Source: Candidatus Saccharimonadota bacterium
GTDB taxonomy: Bacteria > Patescibacteriota > Saccharimonadia > Saccharimonadales > UBA4665
DNA length: 32,000 nucleotides
Assembly: GCA_963716945.1 (NCBI GenBank)
Contig: OY970322.1
Location: forward strand, 90,001 to 122,000
Direction of reading: 5' to 3'
The notes below the pieces were generated by a model. It did no database searches and was not told where the DNA came from. It was given only the letters and a program-made list of their open reading frames with translations. Within the stretch, counting starts at the first letter, position 1. Each line of letters begins with the position of its first letter. Below, piece after piece: positions 1-8,173 of this stretch. The translations under genes and the position numbers were made by a program.

Positions 1-138
1 GTGGGGGCTGCTCATGATAACCACCCGGCTACCGGCCGATAGGCCGAGGCTGTTGCGGGCTTCTACCGGTATCACCAGCTGGCCTTTTTCGTTAAGCGTA
101 GCCGTACCTAATATCTTGGGGAAATGCGTCGTGTCCAT
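1..138 (-). CDS. AbrB/MazE/SpoVT-family DNA-binding protein, N-terminal 46 codons only (CDS continues past the left edge)
   Basis: Absent from the ORF track because no stop lies in the window. The reverse-strand ATG at 138-136 opens MDTTHFPKILGTATLNEKGQLVIPVEARNSLGLSAGSRVVIMSSPH... This has the G-x-L-x-IP-x-x-x-R-x-x-LGL-x-x-G signature of SpoVT/AbrB looped-hinge-helix domains. Confidence 0.55.
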   Translation of the reverse strand, partial: MDTTHFPKILGTATLNEKGQLVIPVEARNSLGLSAGSRVVIMSSPH

Positions 139-303
139 AGCTAAGTTAACCTCTGTGTATTACTTTTCTTACTTTTACTATACAGCACCCGGCCGGCCGA
201 TGCAACTTACGCCTTTAATTTTTAGTCCGGATGGTTTATTATGCTTACGATACTGTACTGCGTAGGACAGGTGGGAACGGCGCAATTAAAAGCGAGGTAG
301 GCT

Positions 304-519
304 ATGTTATCACAATTTGGATTCTTGGACTTCGGTGCACCGGAACTGATTATTATTCTGGCGATCATACTTCTGTTATTCGGCGGCAAGAAGCTGCCGG
401 AGCTGTCACGCGCGCTCGGCGACTCGATGCGCGAACTACGCAAGGGTTTAAACGGTGATTTGAATGAAGACAAGCAAGAACCAGACAAGAAGTCGCGCCG
501 GGGGAAAGGTTCCAAATAG
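304..519 (+). CDS. tatA: twin-arginine translocase subunit TatA/E
   Basis: 71 aa. It has an N-terminal TM helix (FGAPELIIILAIILLLFGGKKLPEL), then an amphipathic helix and a charged tail, which is the canonical TatA layout. A GAGGT Shine-Dalgarno lies at 294-298. tatC follows directly. Confidence 0.9.
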   Translation: MLSQFGFLDFGAPELIIILAIILLLFGGKKLPELSRALGDSMRELRKGLNGDLNEDKQEPDKKSRRGKGSK

Positions 520-1402
520 ACCTTTGTCGCCCGAGGCGACGCAGCCTTTCATCGAGCACGTCCAGGAACTCCGGCGGCGCCTGTATTACATAGCCGCCTC
601 GGTGGTGCTTTGGGGTTGCGCCGCTTACGGCGTCCAGCAGCACCTGGTTAATATCCTGTTGCGGCCGGCGCGGGGCGAACATTTCATCTATACCAGTCCC
701 GGCGGCGGGATTGATTTCCTATTCCGGATTTGCGTCTATAGCGGCATCGTGCTGAGCCTGCCGGTTATCGTTTATAACGTGTTGCGGTTCATCGAGCCGC
801 TGATTACCAAAGGCTCGCGGCGGTTTATCGCCGCCGGCAGCCTGCTGTCGGGTTTGCTGGCGGCCGGCGGCGTCGTTTTCGGCTACTACGTCGGTTTGCC
901 GGCCGCCCTGCACTTCTTGCTGCACCAGTTCCAGACGGTTCAGATCCAGCCGCTGGTCACGATCCAGTCATATCTCGGCTTCGTTATCGTTTACATGGTC
1001 GGGTCGGCCATGCTCTTCCAGCTGCCGTTGCTGCTGCTGTTTATCAACCGTATCAAGCCGCTCAAGCCGCGGCGGCTGCTGCACTATGAGCGCTGGGTCA
1101 TCCTGGCGGCGTTCGTGCTGGCCGGCCTGATGAACCCGACGCCAAACATCTTCAGCCAGCTGCTGGTGGCCGGTCCGTTTATCCTCATGTACCAGCTGGG
1201 CATTATCCTGATCGCCATCATCAACCGCGGGCGCAAGCTTAGCCGGGTCGAGGAATTGCACCGGCTGGACGTCGAAGCCCAGGCCAACCGCCAGTCGCGG
1301 ACATCCAGCCTGCAGCCGATACCGGCGCTGGCCCTGCCCCAATCTACGCGCAACAGCCGCGGTGTCGACCGCCGCAAGATCCTGGTCCGGCACATAATCT
1401 AA
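464..1402 (+). CDS. tatC: twin-arginine translocase subunit TatC
   Basis: 312 aa with multiple hydrophobic segments and the N-terminal FIEHVQELRRRL motif typical of TatC. It lies immediately after tatA. The ATG at 464 sits 56 nt inside tatA. An in-frame TTG at 524, 5 nt after the tatA stop and with GGGGAAAGG upstream, is an alternative start. Confidence 0.88.
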   Translation: MKTSKNQTRSRAGGKVPNRPLSPEATQPFIEHVQELRRRLYYIAASVVLWGCAAYGVQQHLVNILLRPARGEHFIYTSPGGGIDFLFRICVYSGIVLSLPVIVYNVLRFIEPLITKGSRRFIAAGSLLSGLLAAGGVVFGYYVGLPAALHFLLHQFQTVQIQPLVTIQSYLGFVIVYMVGSAMLFQLPLLLLFINRIKPLKPRRLLHYERWVILAAFVLAGLMNPTPNIFSQLLVAGPFILMYQLGIILIAIINRGRKLSRVEELHRLDVEAQANRQSRTSSLQPIPALALPQSTRNSRGVDRRKILVRHII

Positions 1403-1415
1403 GCCGCTGGAGCGG

Positions 1416-2204
1416 TTAGTTAAATCTAAGGTTCAGGTGTTCCGGAGCCACGCCCTGGCTCATCATGTGGACGTTCATAAAAGCATCTGCGGTAAGTGGC
1501 CCTCTGTCGAAGTTGTCCGGCACAGCGCCGGCAATGACTTTTACGAAAGCGCTGATCACCGGTATTCTCTCGTCGGGATCACACCATTTAGACCAGAGCA
1601 ATACGCCGACTCTTTCCATGAACGCGGCGTTTGAGGAGTCGGTAGCTATCATTGATTTCCTTTTGACCTGGGGGTCCAAATCAACAAATTTCGCAACCGG
1701 ACTGCCGTTCCGGTCCCGGGTAACACCAAACATGTGCTCATTAAGAATATCCATGCTGGCCGTCCTGCCGGCTACGCCATGAACCGTCATTAGACGCCCA
1801 AGGCCTTGCGCCAGCCCTTCTTTGAGTTCAGTCGGAGCGGCTGACAGCGGTTCCATATCGGCCAGGTGTTCGCTGATAGCCACATAGGGGTAATTACCGA
1901 CGCTTTCGAGCAAGAAACCGTGAACGACAGGAATACCGGCCTCGGCCAGCGAGCCCTGCATTATATCCCAGGCTTCCGTCATGGTTGTCCCCGCCTGAGC
2001 CTCTATATCATCTACGGCTTTATCGGTAAACCGGCGGGCTACGAAGCGCTGGCCGTCGGCCTCTTCAACGACTTGCAGAAGTTTGTTGCCCCTATCGCTG
2101 AGCAGCTCGACCGGCTCTGCCGCTATGACTCTCTCTTTTAGAACCCCGACCAGGTCATCGGCTAGCATTTGCTCCAGGTTAGGGCGTAATTCGGCGTCGC
2201 TCAT
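1416..2204 (-). CDS. hypothetical protein (262 aa), no motif recognised
   Basis: Long ORF with ordinary soluble-protein composition. It has its own AT-rich upstream region carrying TTGCAA-N17-TATTTT. The overlapping plus-strand ORFs are short. I could not assign a family; a kinase-like fold was considered, but no HxDxxxxN or DFG motif is present. Confidence 0.6.
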   Translation of the reverse strand: MSDAELRPNLEQMLADDLVGVLKERVIAAEPVELLSDRGNKLLQVVEEADGQRFVARRFTDKAVDDIEAQAGTTMTEAWDIMQGSLAEAGIPVVHGFLLESVGNYPYVAISEHLADMEPLSAAPTELKEGLAQGLGRLMTVHGVAGRTASMDILNEHMFGVTRDRNGSPVAKFVDLDPQVKRKSMIATDSSNAAFMERVGVLLWSKWCDPDERIPVISAFVKVIAGAVPDNFDRGPLTADAFMNVHMMSQGVAPEHLNLRFN

Positions 2205-2235
2205 AATTATATTAGGGAATCCTTTTAGTCATCCT

Positions 2236-2264
2236 AAAATACAACTAAAAGCTACTACTTGCAA
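2236..2264 (-). promoter_or_regulatory. sigma70-like promoter TTGCAA-N17-TATTTT for the 262-aa gene
   Basis: On the minus strand, the -35 TTGCAA lies at 2264-2259 and the -10 TATTTT at 2241-2236, with a 17-nt spacer. It sits in an AT-rich 87-nt gap. The hexamers are identical to the promoter at 10030-10058. Confidence 0.4.
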
Positions 2265-2291
2265 GCATAAGCAAAATGTATTAATACTAGT

Positions 2292-3083
2292 CTAGCTGAG
2301 TAGGGCGCCGCCGTCGACGACGATCTGGCTGCCGGTCATGTAGGAAGACATGTCCGAGGCCAAGAAGAGCGCGGCCAGGCCGATTTCGTCCGGCTCGCCG
2401 ACGCGGCCCATCGGTATCTTGGCCGTGAAAGCCTCGGTTGCGGCGGCCAGTTGTTCGGCCGAAGCGCCTTGGCTGCCGGCGGCCGCGCCAGGCGTGGCAA
2501 TCCCGCCCGGAGCAATCGCGTTAACCCAGATCTTGTCCGCGGCCAGCTCAAGCGCGGAGTTCTTGGTAAAGCCCCAAACGCCGTGTTTCGAAGCGTCGTA
2601 ATGGGCCAGCCCGACCATCGAGGGATGAAGCGCGTCGATAGATGTCACGTTGATAATCTTGCCGCCGCCCTGCCGTTTCATGACCTCGCTGACATACTTG
2701 GTCGTCAGGAACACGCCAAGCAGATTCACATGCAGCACTTTTTCGAAATCGGCGGCCGTCATTTGGGCAATCGGCTCTGCCGGGTAGATGCCGGCATTGT
2801 TAACCATAATATCGACCGAACCGAACTTATCCTCGCACGCCCCGATCATGCGCTTGACGTCTGCCTCGCTGGAGACGTCGGCTTTGGTCGCTTCGGCGGC
2901 CCAGCCCTTGCCGGCCATTTCGGCGGCGGCTTTTTGGGCGGCCGGTTCGTCCATATCGGCTATCAGCACTTTGGCGCCGGCTTCGGCCAGACGGTAAGCG
3001 ATGCCGTAGCCGATGCCCTTGGCGCCGCCGGTCACGATCGCCGCCTTGCCGTTCAAATTCAATAACTCGCCTGCCTGTTTCAT
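2292..3083 (-). CDS. short-chain dehydrogenase/reductase (FabG-like SDR)
   Basis: TGGAKGIGYGIA (the TGxxxGxG Rossmann motif), NNAG, and catalytic YDASK (YxxxK). Length 263 aa. An AAGGGGG SD lies just upstream. Confidence 0.9.
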   Translation of the reverse strand: MKQAGELLNLNGKAAIVTGGAKGIGYGIAYRLAEAGAKVLIADMDEPAAQKAAAEMAGKGWAAEATKADVSSEADVKRMIGACEDKFGSVDIMVNNAGIYPAEPIAQMTAADFEKVLHVNLLGVFLTTKYVSEVMKRQGGGKIINVTSIDALHPSMVGLAHYDASKHGVWGFTKNSALELAADKIWVNAIAPGGIATPGAAAGSQGASAEQLAAATEAFTAKIPMGRVGEPDEIGLAALFLASDMSSYMTGSQIVVDGGALLS

Positions 3084-3149
3084 AAAGCCCCCTTACCTAT
3101 CTTAATCATACTCCCTAACCGGCAAATCCCTGCGGCCGTGTGCGCACAA

Positions 3150-4400
3150 TCACACTTGGGCTTTATAAAGGAACTCCCGGTTGTCCGGATATGCGTCCAG
3201 GCTGCGGCCTTTGGTGAACACGATATGAAAAACGTTGAGCCGCTCGGCTGGACTGTTGAAGCCTTCGAGCGAACCGAGCAGGTAAACCGACCAGATGCGC
3301 CGGAAACCTTCGTCGAATAATTCGGGGTTGAGCTGCTGGATTGCCGGCCAATTCTTAACGAACAGCTTGTACCAGTCCTCCAAAGCGCGCAGGTAGTGCG
3401 GCCGCATGCTTTCCATATCCACGATGGTCAAGCCGTTATCCTCCATGTACCTGACGGTATCCGCCAGGCCCGGCATGTTGCCGCCCGGGAAGATGTACTT
3501 GTCGATGATGTAGTTGGTCCGCTGGCGGTTCATGTGGCAAAGCGTCGAAATGACACCGGTACCGCCGGGTTTGAGGCAGGCGGCTATGCTCTTGATCCAG
3601 TCTTCCTGGCAGTCCAGGCCGGCGTGTTCGTACACGCCGATCGAGACATATTTGTCATAGGTTTCCGGCTCATTGATCAATTCTCGGTGGTCCTTGACGA
3701 CGATTTTTACTCTGTCGTTCAGGCCCTTGGCATCGATTGAGCGCTGCATGACCCGGTTCTGCTCTTCGACCAGGCCGTAATTGACGACCCGGGCGCCGTA
3801 CTTTTCGGCGGCCAGGACGGACATGTAGCCCCAGCCGGCCCCGACTTCGACCAGTTTGTCGCCTTTTTGCAGCCGGAGCTTGCGGCAAATGTAATCGAAT
3901 TTCTTGTGCTGGGCCTCATCCAGGCTTTCGTCGCCGTTCTCGTAATAACCCTCCGTGTAGCCGTAAGTATCACCCAGGAAGAGGCGGAAAAACTCGGCCG
4001 GCAAGCCGTAGTGGTGCTCGGCGTTAAGCTTGGCCTGGCGGCGGTTCTTATTGTTGGTCCGGTACTCCAGCCAAAGCTTTTTAGCCATGCTCAGCGGGTT
4101 GCCTAAACGCCGTTTGGAGCGGCCCTTGCCGGCGTTGTAGCCGATCTTAATCAGCTCGTGCAGGCCGTCATGGCCTTCGATATCGATCAGCCCCTGCTTG
4201 TAGCCTTCTATGAGGCCGATCTGGTCCAGCAGGATGGAACGGCGCAGCACGGCTTTGGATTTGAAAACGACCGTCACTTTCGGGGTCCCCGGGGCCGTCC
4301 GGTATTCCTCGCCGTCAGGGAATACCAGCTTCAGCGGCACATCGGAGTTAGCCCGGCTCATGAACTTGAATATACGCTTGGCGATTTGTTTTGAAATCAT
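3150..4400 (-). CDS. cyclopropane-fatty-acyl-phospholipid synthase family SAM-dependent methyltransferase
   Basis: HYGLPAEFFRLFLGDTYGYTEGYY and SAM motif I VEVGAGWGYMSVLAAEKYGARV match the Cfa/CMAS family layout. 416 aa. Confidence 0.85.
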   Translation of the reverse strand: MISKQIAKRIFKFMSRANSDVPLKLVFPDGEEYRTAPGTPKVTVVFKSKAVLRRSILLDQIGLIEGYKQGLIDIEGHDGLHELIKIGYNAGKGRSKRRLGNPLSMAKKLWLEYRTNNKNRRQAKLNAEHHYGLPAEFFRLFLGDTYGYTEGYYENGDESLDEAQHKKFDYICRKLRLQKGDKLVEVGAGWGYMSVLAAEKYGARVVNYGLVEEQNRVMQRSIDAKGLNDRVKIVVKDHRELINEPETYDKYVSIGVYEHAGLDCQEDWIKSIAACLKPGGTGVISTLCHMNRQRTNYIIDKYIFPGGNMPGLADTVRYMEDNGLTIVDMESMRPHYLRALEDWYKLFVKNWPAIQQLNPELFDEGFRRIWSVYLLGSLEGFNSPAERLNVFHIVFTKGRSLDAYPDNREFLYKAQV

Positions 4401-4466
4401 GGCTAAATATTAATATACCCCGTGAGCGCCCGCACCCCTAATTACGGCGGTTGGAATAGTGAGACC

Positions 4467-4493
4467 TTGACATTGTATAGTACCTTGTATAGC
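4467..4493 (+). promoter_or_regulatory. putative PadR promoter/operator: TTGACA followed by a direct repeat TTGTATAG x2
   Basis: TTGACA lies at 4467-4472. TTGTATAG occurs at 4473-4480 and 4485-4492, 12 bp apart. TATAGT (4476-4481) and TATAGC (4488-4493) are -10-like boxes. The ATG lies 10 nt after the second box with no SD in between. Confidence 0.35.
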
Positions 4494-4503
4494 ATGGTAA
4501 TGT

Positions 4504-4854
4504 ATGAACGAAGATAGTGAACTCCTGGTTCAATCGGAAACCCAGATGCGCAAAGGCATGCTTACCTATTGCGTATTGCTGCTGCTAAGCGACGGCAAGG
4601 TTTACACGTCCGAGATTATCCGGGCCCTGCGCGACGCCAAATTAATCGTCGTCGAAGGCACGCTCTATCCCCTCCTCAACCGCTTGGCCAGGGACAAGCT
4701 GCTGGCTTACGAATGGCAGGAAAGCGAACAAGGGCCGCCACGCAAATATTACTGGCTGACTGAAGACGGCCAGAAGCTCAAGCAGGTCCTGAAAACGAAT
4801 TACCACACCTTGCACGACTCGGTTACAACTTTAGAAAAAGGAGCCAAGAAATGA
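4504..4854 (+). CDS. PadR-family transcriptional regulator
   Basis: 116 aa. The winged-helix signature is YTSEIIRAL...GTLYPLLNRLARDKLL...PRKYYWLTEDG. Its stop overlaps the next start (ATGA). Confidence 0.9.
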   Translation: MNEDSELLVQSETQMRKGMLTYCVLLLLSDGKVYTSEIIRALRDAKLIVVEGTLYPLLNRLARDKLLAYEWQESEQGPPRKYYWLTEDGQKLKQVLKTNYHTLHDSVTTLEKGAKK

Positions 4855-6155
4855 ATGAAGTATCCAAAATTCACCTGGGCCGGCAAGCATTTACGATATC
4901 CGTTGAAGCCTATAAGGACTTGCGGGCCTACATTGACGCCATCAAAAAGCAGGTCGGCGACAAGGACGTAGTCGAAGAAGTGGAGCTGCGCATGGCCGAG
5001 TTGCTGGCCGAGCACGGCGTCAGCGGCGACAAAGTAATCCTGCCGGCCGATGTCGCCTTCCTCAAGGAGCAGCTTGGCAACCCGCAGGATTTCAAAGAGG
5101 ACGGCGACGAACCGGAAGCCAGGCCCGACAGGCCGCCGGAAACCAAAAAGCTGTTTCGCGACACCGACAACGCCATGGTGGCCGGCGTCGCCGCCGGTTT
5201 GGCCAAATACACGGGCGTCGACGTGATCCTAATCAGGATAATCTTCGTAATCGGGGTCTTTACGGGCGGCTGGGGGATATTGCTCTACCTCATACTCTGG
5301 CTTTTGGTGCCGGAGGCCAGGACTTCAAGCGACCGCCTGCAAATGGCCGGCAAACCGGTAACGGTCGACAGCCTGAAGGATATCGTGGAACGGGCCGACG
5401 TCAAAGGCGCCGCCCGCCGGGCCAACAATTCTCTGGCGGGCCCGATAAACTCTTTCTTCAGACTGGCGCTTAAAGTAGTCGGAATCGGCTTCATAGCCGC
5501 CGGCTTGTGCGCCTTATTCGTGCTGATCGGCCTTGAAACCTACCTGCTGCTGCATAGCGGCACCCTGCTGCAGGACAATATCTTCCCGGTCGGCGTCAAA
5601 GAGCACCTGCTGCTAGACATCGCCCTGGCGGTCGCCGGCATCATATCGATCTTCGTGGTGCTGTTCGGGATGGCCATGTTCCGCCGCAAGTGGCCCATCC
5701 ATAACTGGGTGACGGCTATGCTGGTCGGTCTAGTTTTCATCGGGCTGGCAACCGGCGGCGCCCTGGCTGCCGACGTCGCGCCCCAAGTCCGCGACCGCTA
5801 TGACGCCAATGTCCACACGTCGTCTTTCACCGTTAAGCCGTTTAACAAGGTTAACGTGATCGGCAAAGATATAACCGTGCGCTACGAGATGTCCGACACC
5901 TACTCGGTCAGCCTGCACTACTTCGGCAACGCGAACCTGTCAACGATTAAGACCAGTTTGGCCAACGGGGTGCTGCTGATTGACGCCAGCCGCTTCGACG
6001 GACAGCGCGATTGCCAGACCATCTGCTTACCCGACAGCTACAACATGGTCATAACCGTAGCCTCGCCCAATGCCCCGGAGATCCCCGCCATACCGGCGTT
6101 CCCCGCCCCGCTCAAGCCCGTGCCGATGCCCGGATCACGCGTCTACCCGCAGTAA
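4851..6155 (+). CDS. PspC-domain membrane protein (envelope stress sensor-like)
   Basis: The PspC domain reads LFRDTDNAMVAGVAAGLAKYTGVDVILIRIIFVIGVFTGGWGILLYLILWLLVPE. Further TM helices and a beta-rich C-terminal domain follow. An AAGGAG SD lies upstream, and the gene is translationally coupled to PadR. Confidence 0.85.
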   Translation: MNEVSKIHLGRQAFTISVEAYKDLRAYIDAIKKQVGDKDVVEEVELRMAELLAEHGVSGDKVILPADVAFLKEQLGNPQDFKEDGDEPEARPDRPPETKKLFRDTDNAMVAGVAAGLAKYTGVDVILIRIIFVIGVFTGGWGILLYLILWLLVPEARTSSDRLQMAGKPVTVDSLKDIVERADVKGAARRANNSLAGPINSFFRLALKVVGIGFIAAGLCALFVLIGLETYLLLHSGTLLQDNIFPVGVKEHLLLDIALAVAGIISIFVVLFGMAMFRRKWPIHNWVTAMLVGLVFIGLATGGALAADVAPQVRDRYDANVHTSSFTVKPFNKVNVIGKDITVRYEMSDTYSVSLHYFGNANLSTIKTSLANGVLLIDASRFDGQRDCQTICLPDSYNMVITVASPNAPEIPAIPAFPAPLKPVPMPGSRVYPQ

Positions 6156-6164
6156 CCGTGAACT

Positions 6165-6677
6165 TCACGCGATGATTGCCGGCAAATGGTCAAGCGTAGC
6201 CTGGCTCGGCAAATCAACGCCGTAACGTATAAGCACTTCTTCGGGCGTGCTGCCAAACATACGTTTAAACATGGCCTTCATTGGGCTCGAAAGGACATCG
6301 ATCGATAGGTCGGCTTCGACGACCAGCAGGCCGAGGCCGTTTTCGCCCGCTTCAACGCTGCGCCTGATACTGCCTGCGCCCTTCGTGCTCTCCAAGACGT
6401 CCAGCCTGCTTCTGGACCCGTCCTCAAACTCCGCCACCACCAGAGTAATATCGTCTGGGACGACCTCCCTCACTATGGGCGGGACTCTCTCCAATATGCC
6501 GGCCGGAACGTAAGTTATGCGTGTCGCCAGTCCTATGCCGTCCGCTTCACCCTCATAGCGCAAGTCAATGCCCGGGTGGACTATCGCGGCCGCATCTGCC
6601 GAAAGCGGCATATTAATAGCCCGCCAGACGTCTTCAGGCGAATGCTCAGATTGATAACTTCTTTCGAAATTACTCAT
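6165..6677 (-). CDS. hypothetical protein (170 aa); weak SRPBCC/START-like impression only
   Basis: The ORF has normal composition and its own promoter. The N-terminal SPEDVWRAI resembles the start of SRPBCC-fold proteins, but this is not diagnostic. Confidence 0.55.
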   Translation of the reverse strand: MSNFERSYQSEHSPEDVWRAINMPLSADAAAIVHPGIDLRYEGEADGIGLATRITYVPAGILERVPPIVREVVPDDITLVVAEFEDGSRSRLDVLESTKGAGSIRRSVEAGENGLGLLVVEADLSIDVLSSPMKAMFKRMFGSTPEEVLIRYGVDLPSQATLDHLPAIIA

Positions 6678-6686
6678 ATTGTTGCA

Positions 6687-6714
6687 ATAATACGCCGTTC
6701 CTACCTACCTGCAA
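6687..6714 (-). promoter_or_regulatory. sigma70-like promoter TTGCAG-N16-TATTAT, 9 nt from the ATG (leaderless-type)
   Basis: On the minus strand, the -35 lies at 6714-6709 and the -10 at 6692-6687. The ATG is at 6677. No SD lies in the 9-nt gap. Confidence 0.4.
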
Positions 6715-6806
6715 GCATGAGCGTAGTTAAAATCCCTGGAATCTAAAGCAACCGCAGCCGGAGATGACGGTCACGTACATACTGGATACAATATTGTGCA
6801 AGATAT

Positions 6807-7994
6807 CTATGCGGCCTGTTGTTCCGCTGGAGGTTGTGGCGGCTGAGATGCTCGTCCAGTTTTGACATCATCCAGCACCCGTTTACGTTCTTCGGCCCGG
6901 GCTCTTATGATCTCATTGTGTCTTTGGCGTATTTGCTTATTTATATCTACCAGGCTGCCAAGGGTAGCGGCTTTGTCTGTCATCGCTGCCTCATACTGTG
7001 TTATCAGCTCCAAGTCCCTTTCATTCGCGGCTTCACCCGCCACCGAAATTAACTTTTCGACAGCTCCCTGCAGCGACTCGATTATAGTTACGAAACTCAG
7101 TCTCTCCGGCTCGGCAAATCTCTCTTCATCCAAATAACTTTCGCTGTATTCCAGCCCATCCCTTCTTTCAACCGTGTCTTCAAGCCGTTCCATCTCGTAC
7201 AAGCCGAAGCCAAAATCAGGATTTGCAGCTTTATACTCTTCGCTAACCGGTTTTTCATGCAGCAATCGGGCCCACTCTTCGTCACGGTGCGCGCGTTCAT
7301 CCATCCTACGAGCTCTATCTAAATCGTCATAACGTTCCCTTAGGTGGGCTCTTGTGAAGTCGTAATCTTCGGGGGCGTAGTCGCCGCGCAGTACATTTCC
7401 GGACGCGAATATAGGATCAAATTGATACCGCCAGGCAAGGTCTTCGACCGCGTCCATTTTATGCTCATCTAGTTGTTCTAATTCTTCCAGGGACCACTTG
7501 GATACTCGCGTCGGTAATTGTTTTCCCCACATAAACGGATATCTTCCGGGTGATTTGCCGGTCCACGAAGCCCGTAAGTCACGGGCGGCCTGAGTAAATA
7601 TAGCTTTAAATCTTCCATCCAGGTATCGAGGGTCTTCGACTATAGCATGGAGCTTATCCTTGAACTCTTTTTCCGCGGAGATCCCCCGCCGTATGCCGGC
7701 TGCTTCACTTCGCGCGGAATCTCCTGCCAACGCCATTACGTGGGCCAATTCCTCATCCTGAACACGGGTTTCGGGCTCTTCCTCTCTGGTCTTCTTTTGG
7801 CCGGTTACTGGGTCAATTGAGGGATCGGGGCCATTTATAGCGTGCTCGGTAGCTAGCGGCGGTTGCATGGCGGGGTCTATGGCCGCTTCGCCGATGTTTT
7901 GCGCGGTTTCACCGGTTGGAGCTTCGGGATGAGGGACGACTGGAGTTACTTCTTGCCCAACAGGTGTAATTTCAGCTGGTGTGTCTTCGCCCAT
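6807..7994 (-). CDS. hypothetical acidic protein (395 aa), ORFan by eye
   Basis: Uninterrupted 395-codon ORF with an AAGGAA SD. It is rich in E, D and R, with a proline-rich N-terminus and coiled-coil-like C-terminal half. No TM or signal peptide was seen. Its GC is visibly lower than that of its neighbours. Confidence 0.65.
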   Translation of the reverse strand: MGEDTPAEITPVGQEVTPVVPHPEAPTGETAQNIGEAAIDPAMQPPLATEHAINGPDPSIDPVTGQKKTREEEPETRVQDEELAHVMALAGDSARSEAAGIRRGISAEKEFKDKLHAIVEDPRYLDGRFKAIFTQAARDLRASWTGKSPGRYPFMWGKQLPTRVSKWSLEELEQLDEHKMDAVEDLAWRYQFDPIFASGNVLRGDYAPEDYDFTRAHLRERYDDLDRARRMDERAHRDEEWARLLHEKPVSEEYKAANPDFGFGLYEMERLEDTVERRDGLEYSESYLDEERFAEPERLSFVTIIESLQGAVEKLISVAGEAANERDLELITQYEAAMTDKAATLGSLVDINKQIRQRHNEIIRARAEERKRVLDDVKTGRASQPPQPPAEQQAA

Positions 7995-8047
7995 ATTATT
8001 TCCTTTACTAATTTTTTAGTTTCTATCTTCTAATAATGTCTCCTCTG

Positions 8048-8077
8048 ATGTTACTTTTTTTAACCGGTTGTTGTCAA
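8048..8077 (-). promoter_or_regulatory. sigma70-like promoter TTGACA-N18-TAACAT for the 395-aa gene
   Basis: On the minus strand, the -35 lies at 8077-8072 and the -10 at 8053-8048, about 55 nt upstream of the ATG at 7994. Confidence 0.4.
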
Positions 8078-8139
8078 CGTAGCACTCAGTTATGAACAAG
8101 CAGGATTGGATCCAGGCCGACAATTGACCTTACTCAAAC

Positions 8140-8160
8140 AAAAAGACTTCCGAAGAAGCC
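8140..8160 (-). terminator. intrinsic terminator downstream of tRNA-fMet
   Basis: The minus strand reads GGCTTC-TTCG-GAAGTC (6-bp stem with one G.U pair and a UUCG loop) followed by TTTTTGTTTG. It starts 13 nt after the tRNA 3' end. Confidence 0.55.
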
Positions 8161-8173
8161 TGAAAATCTGACT

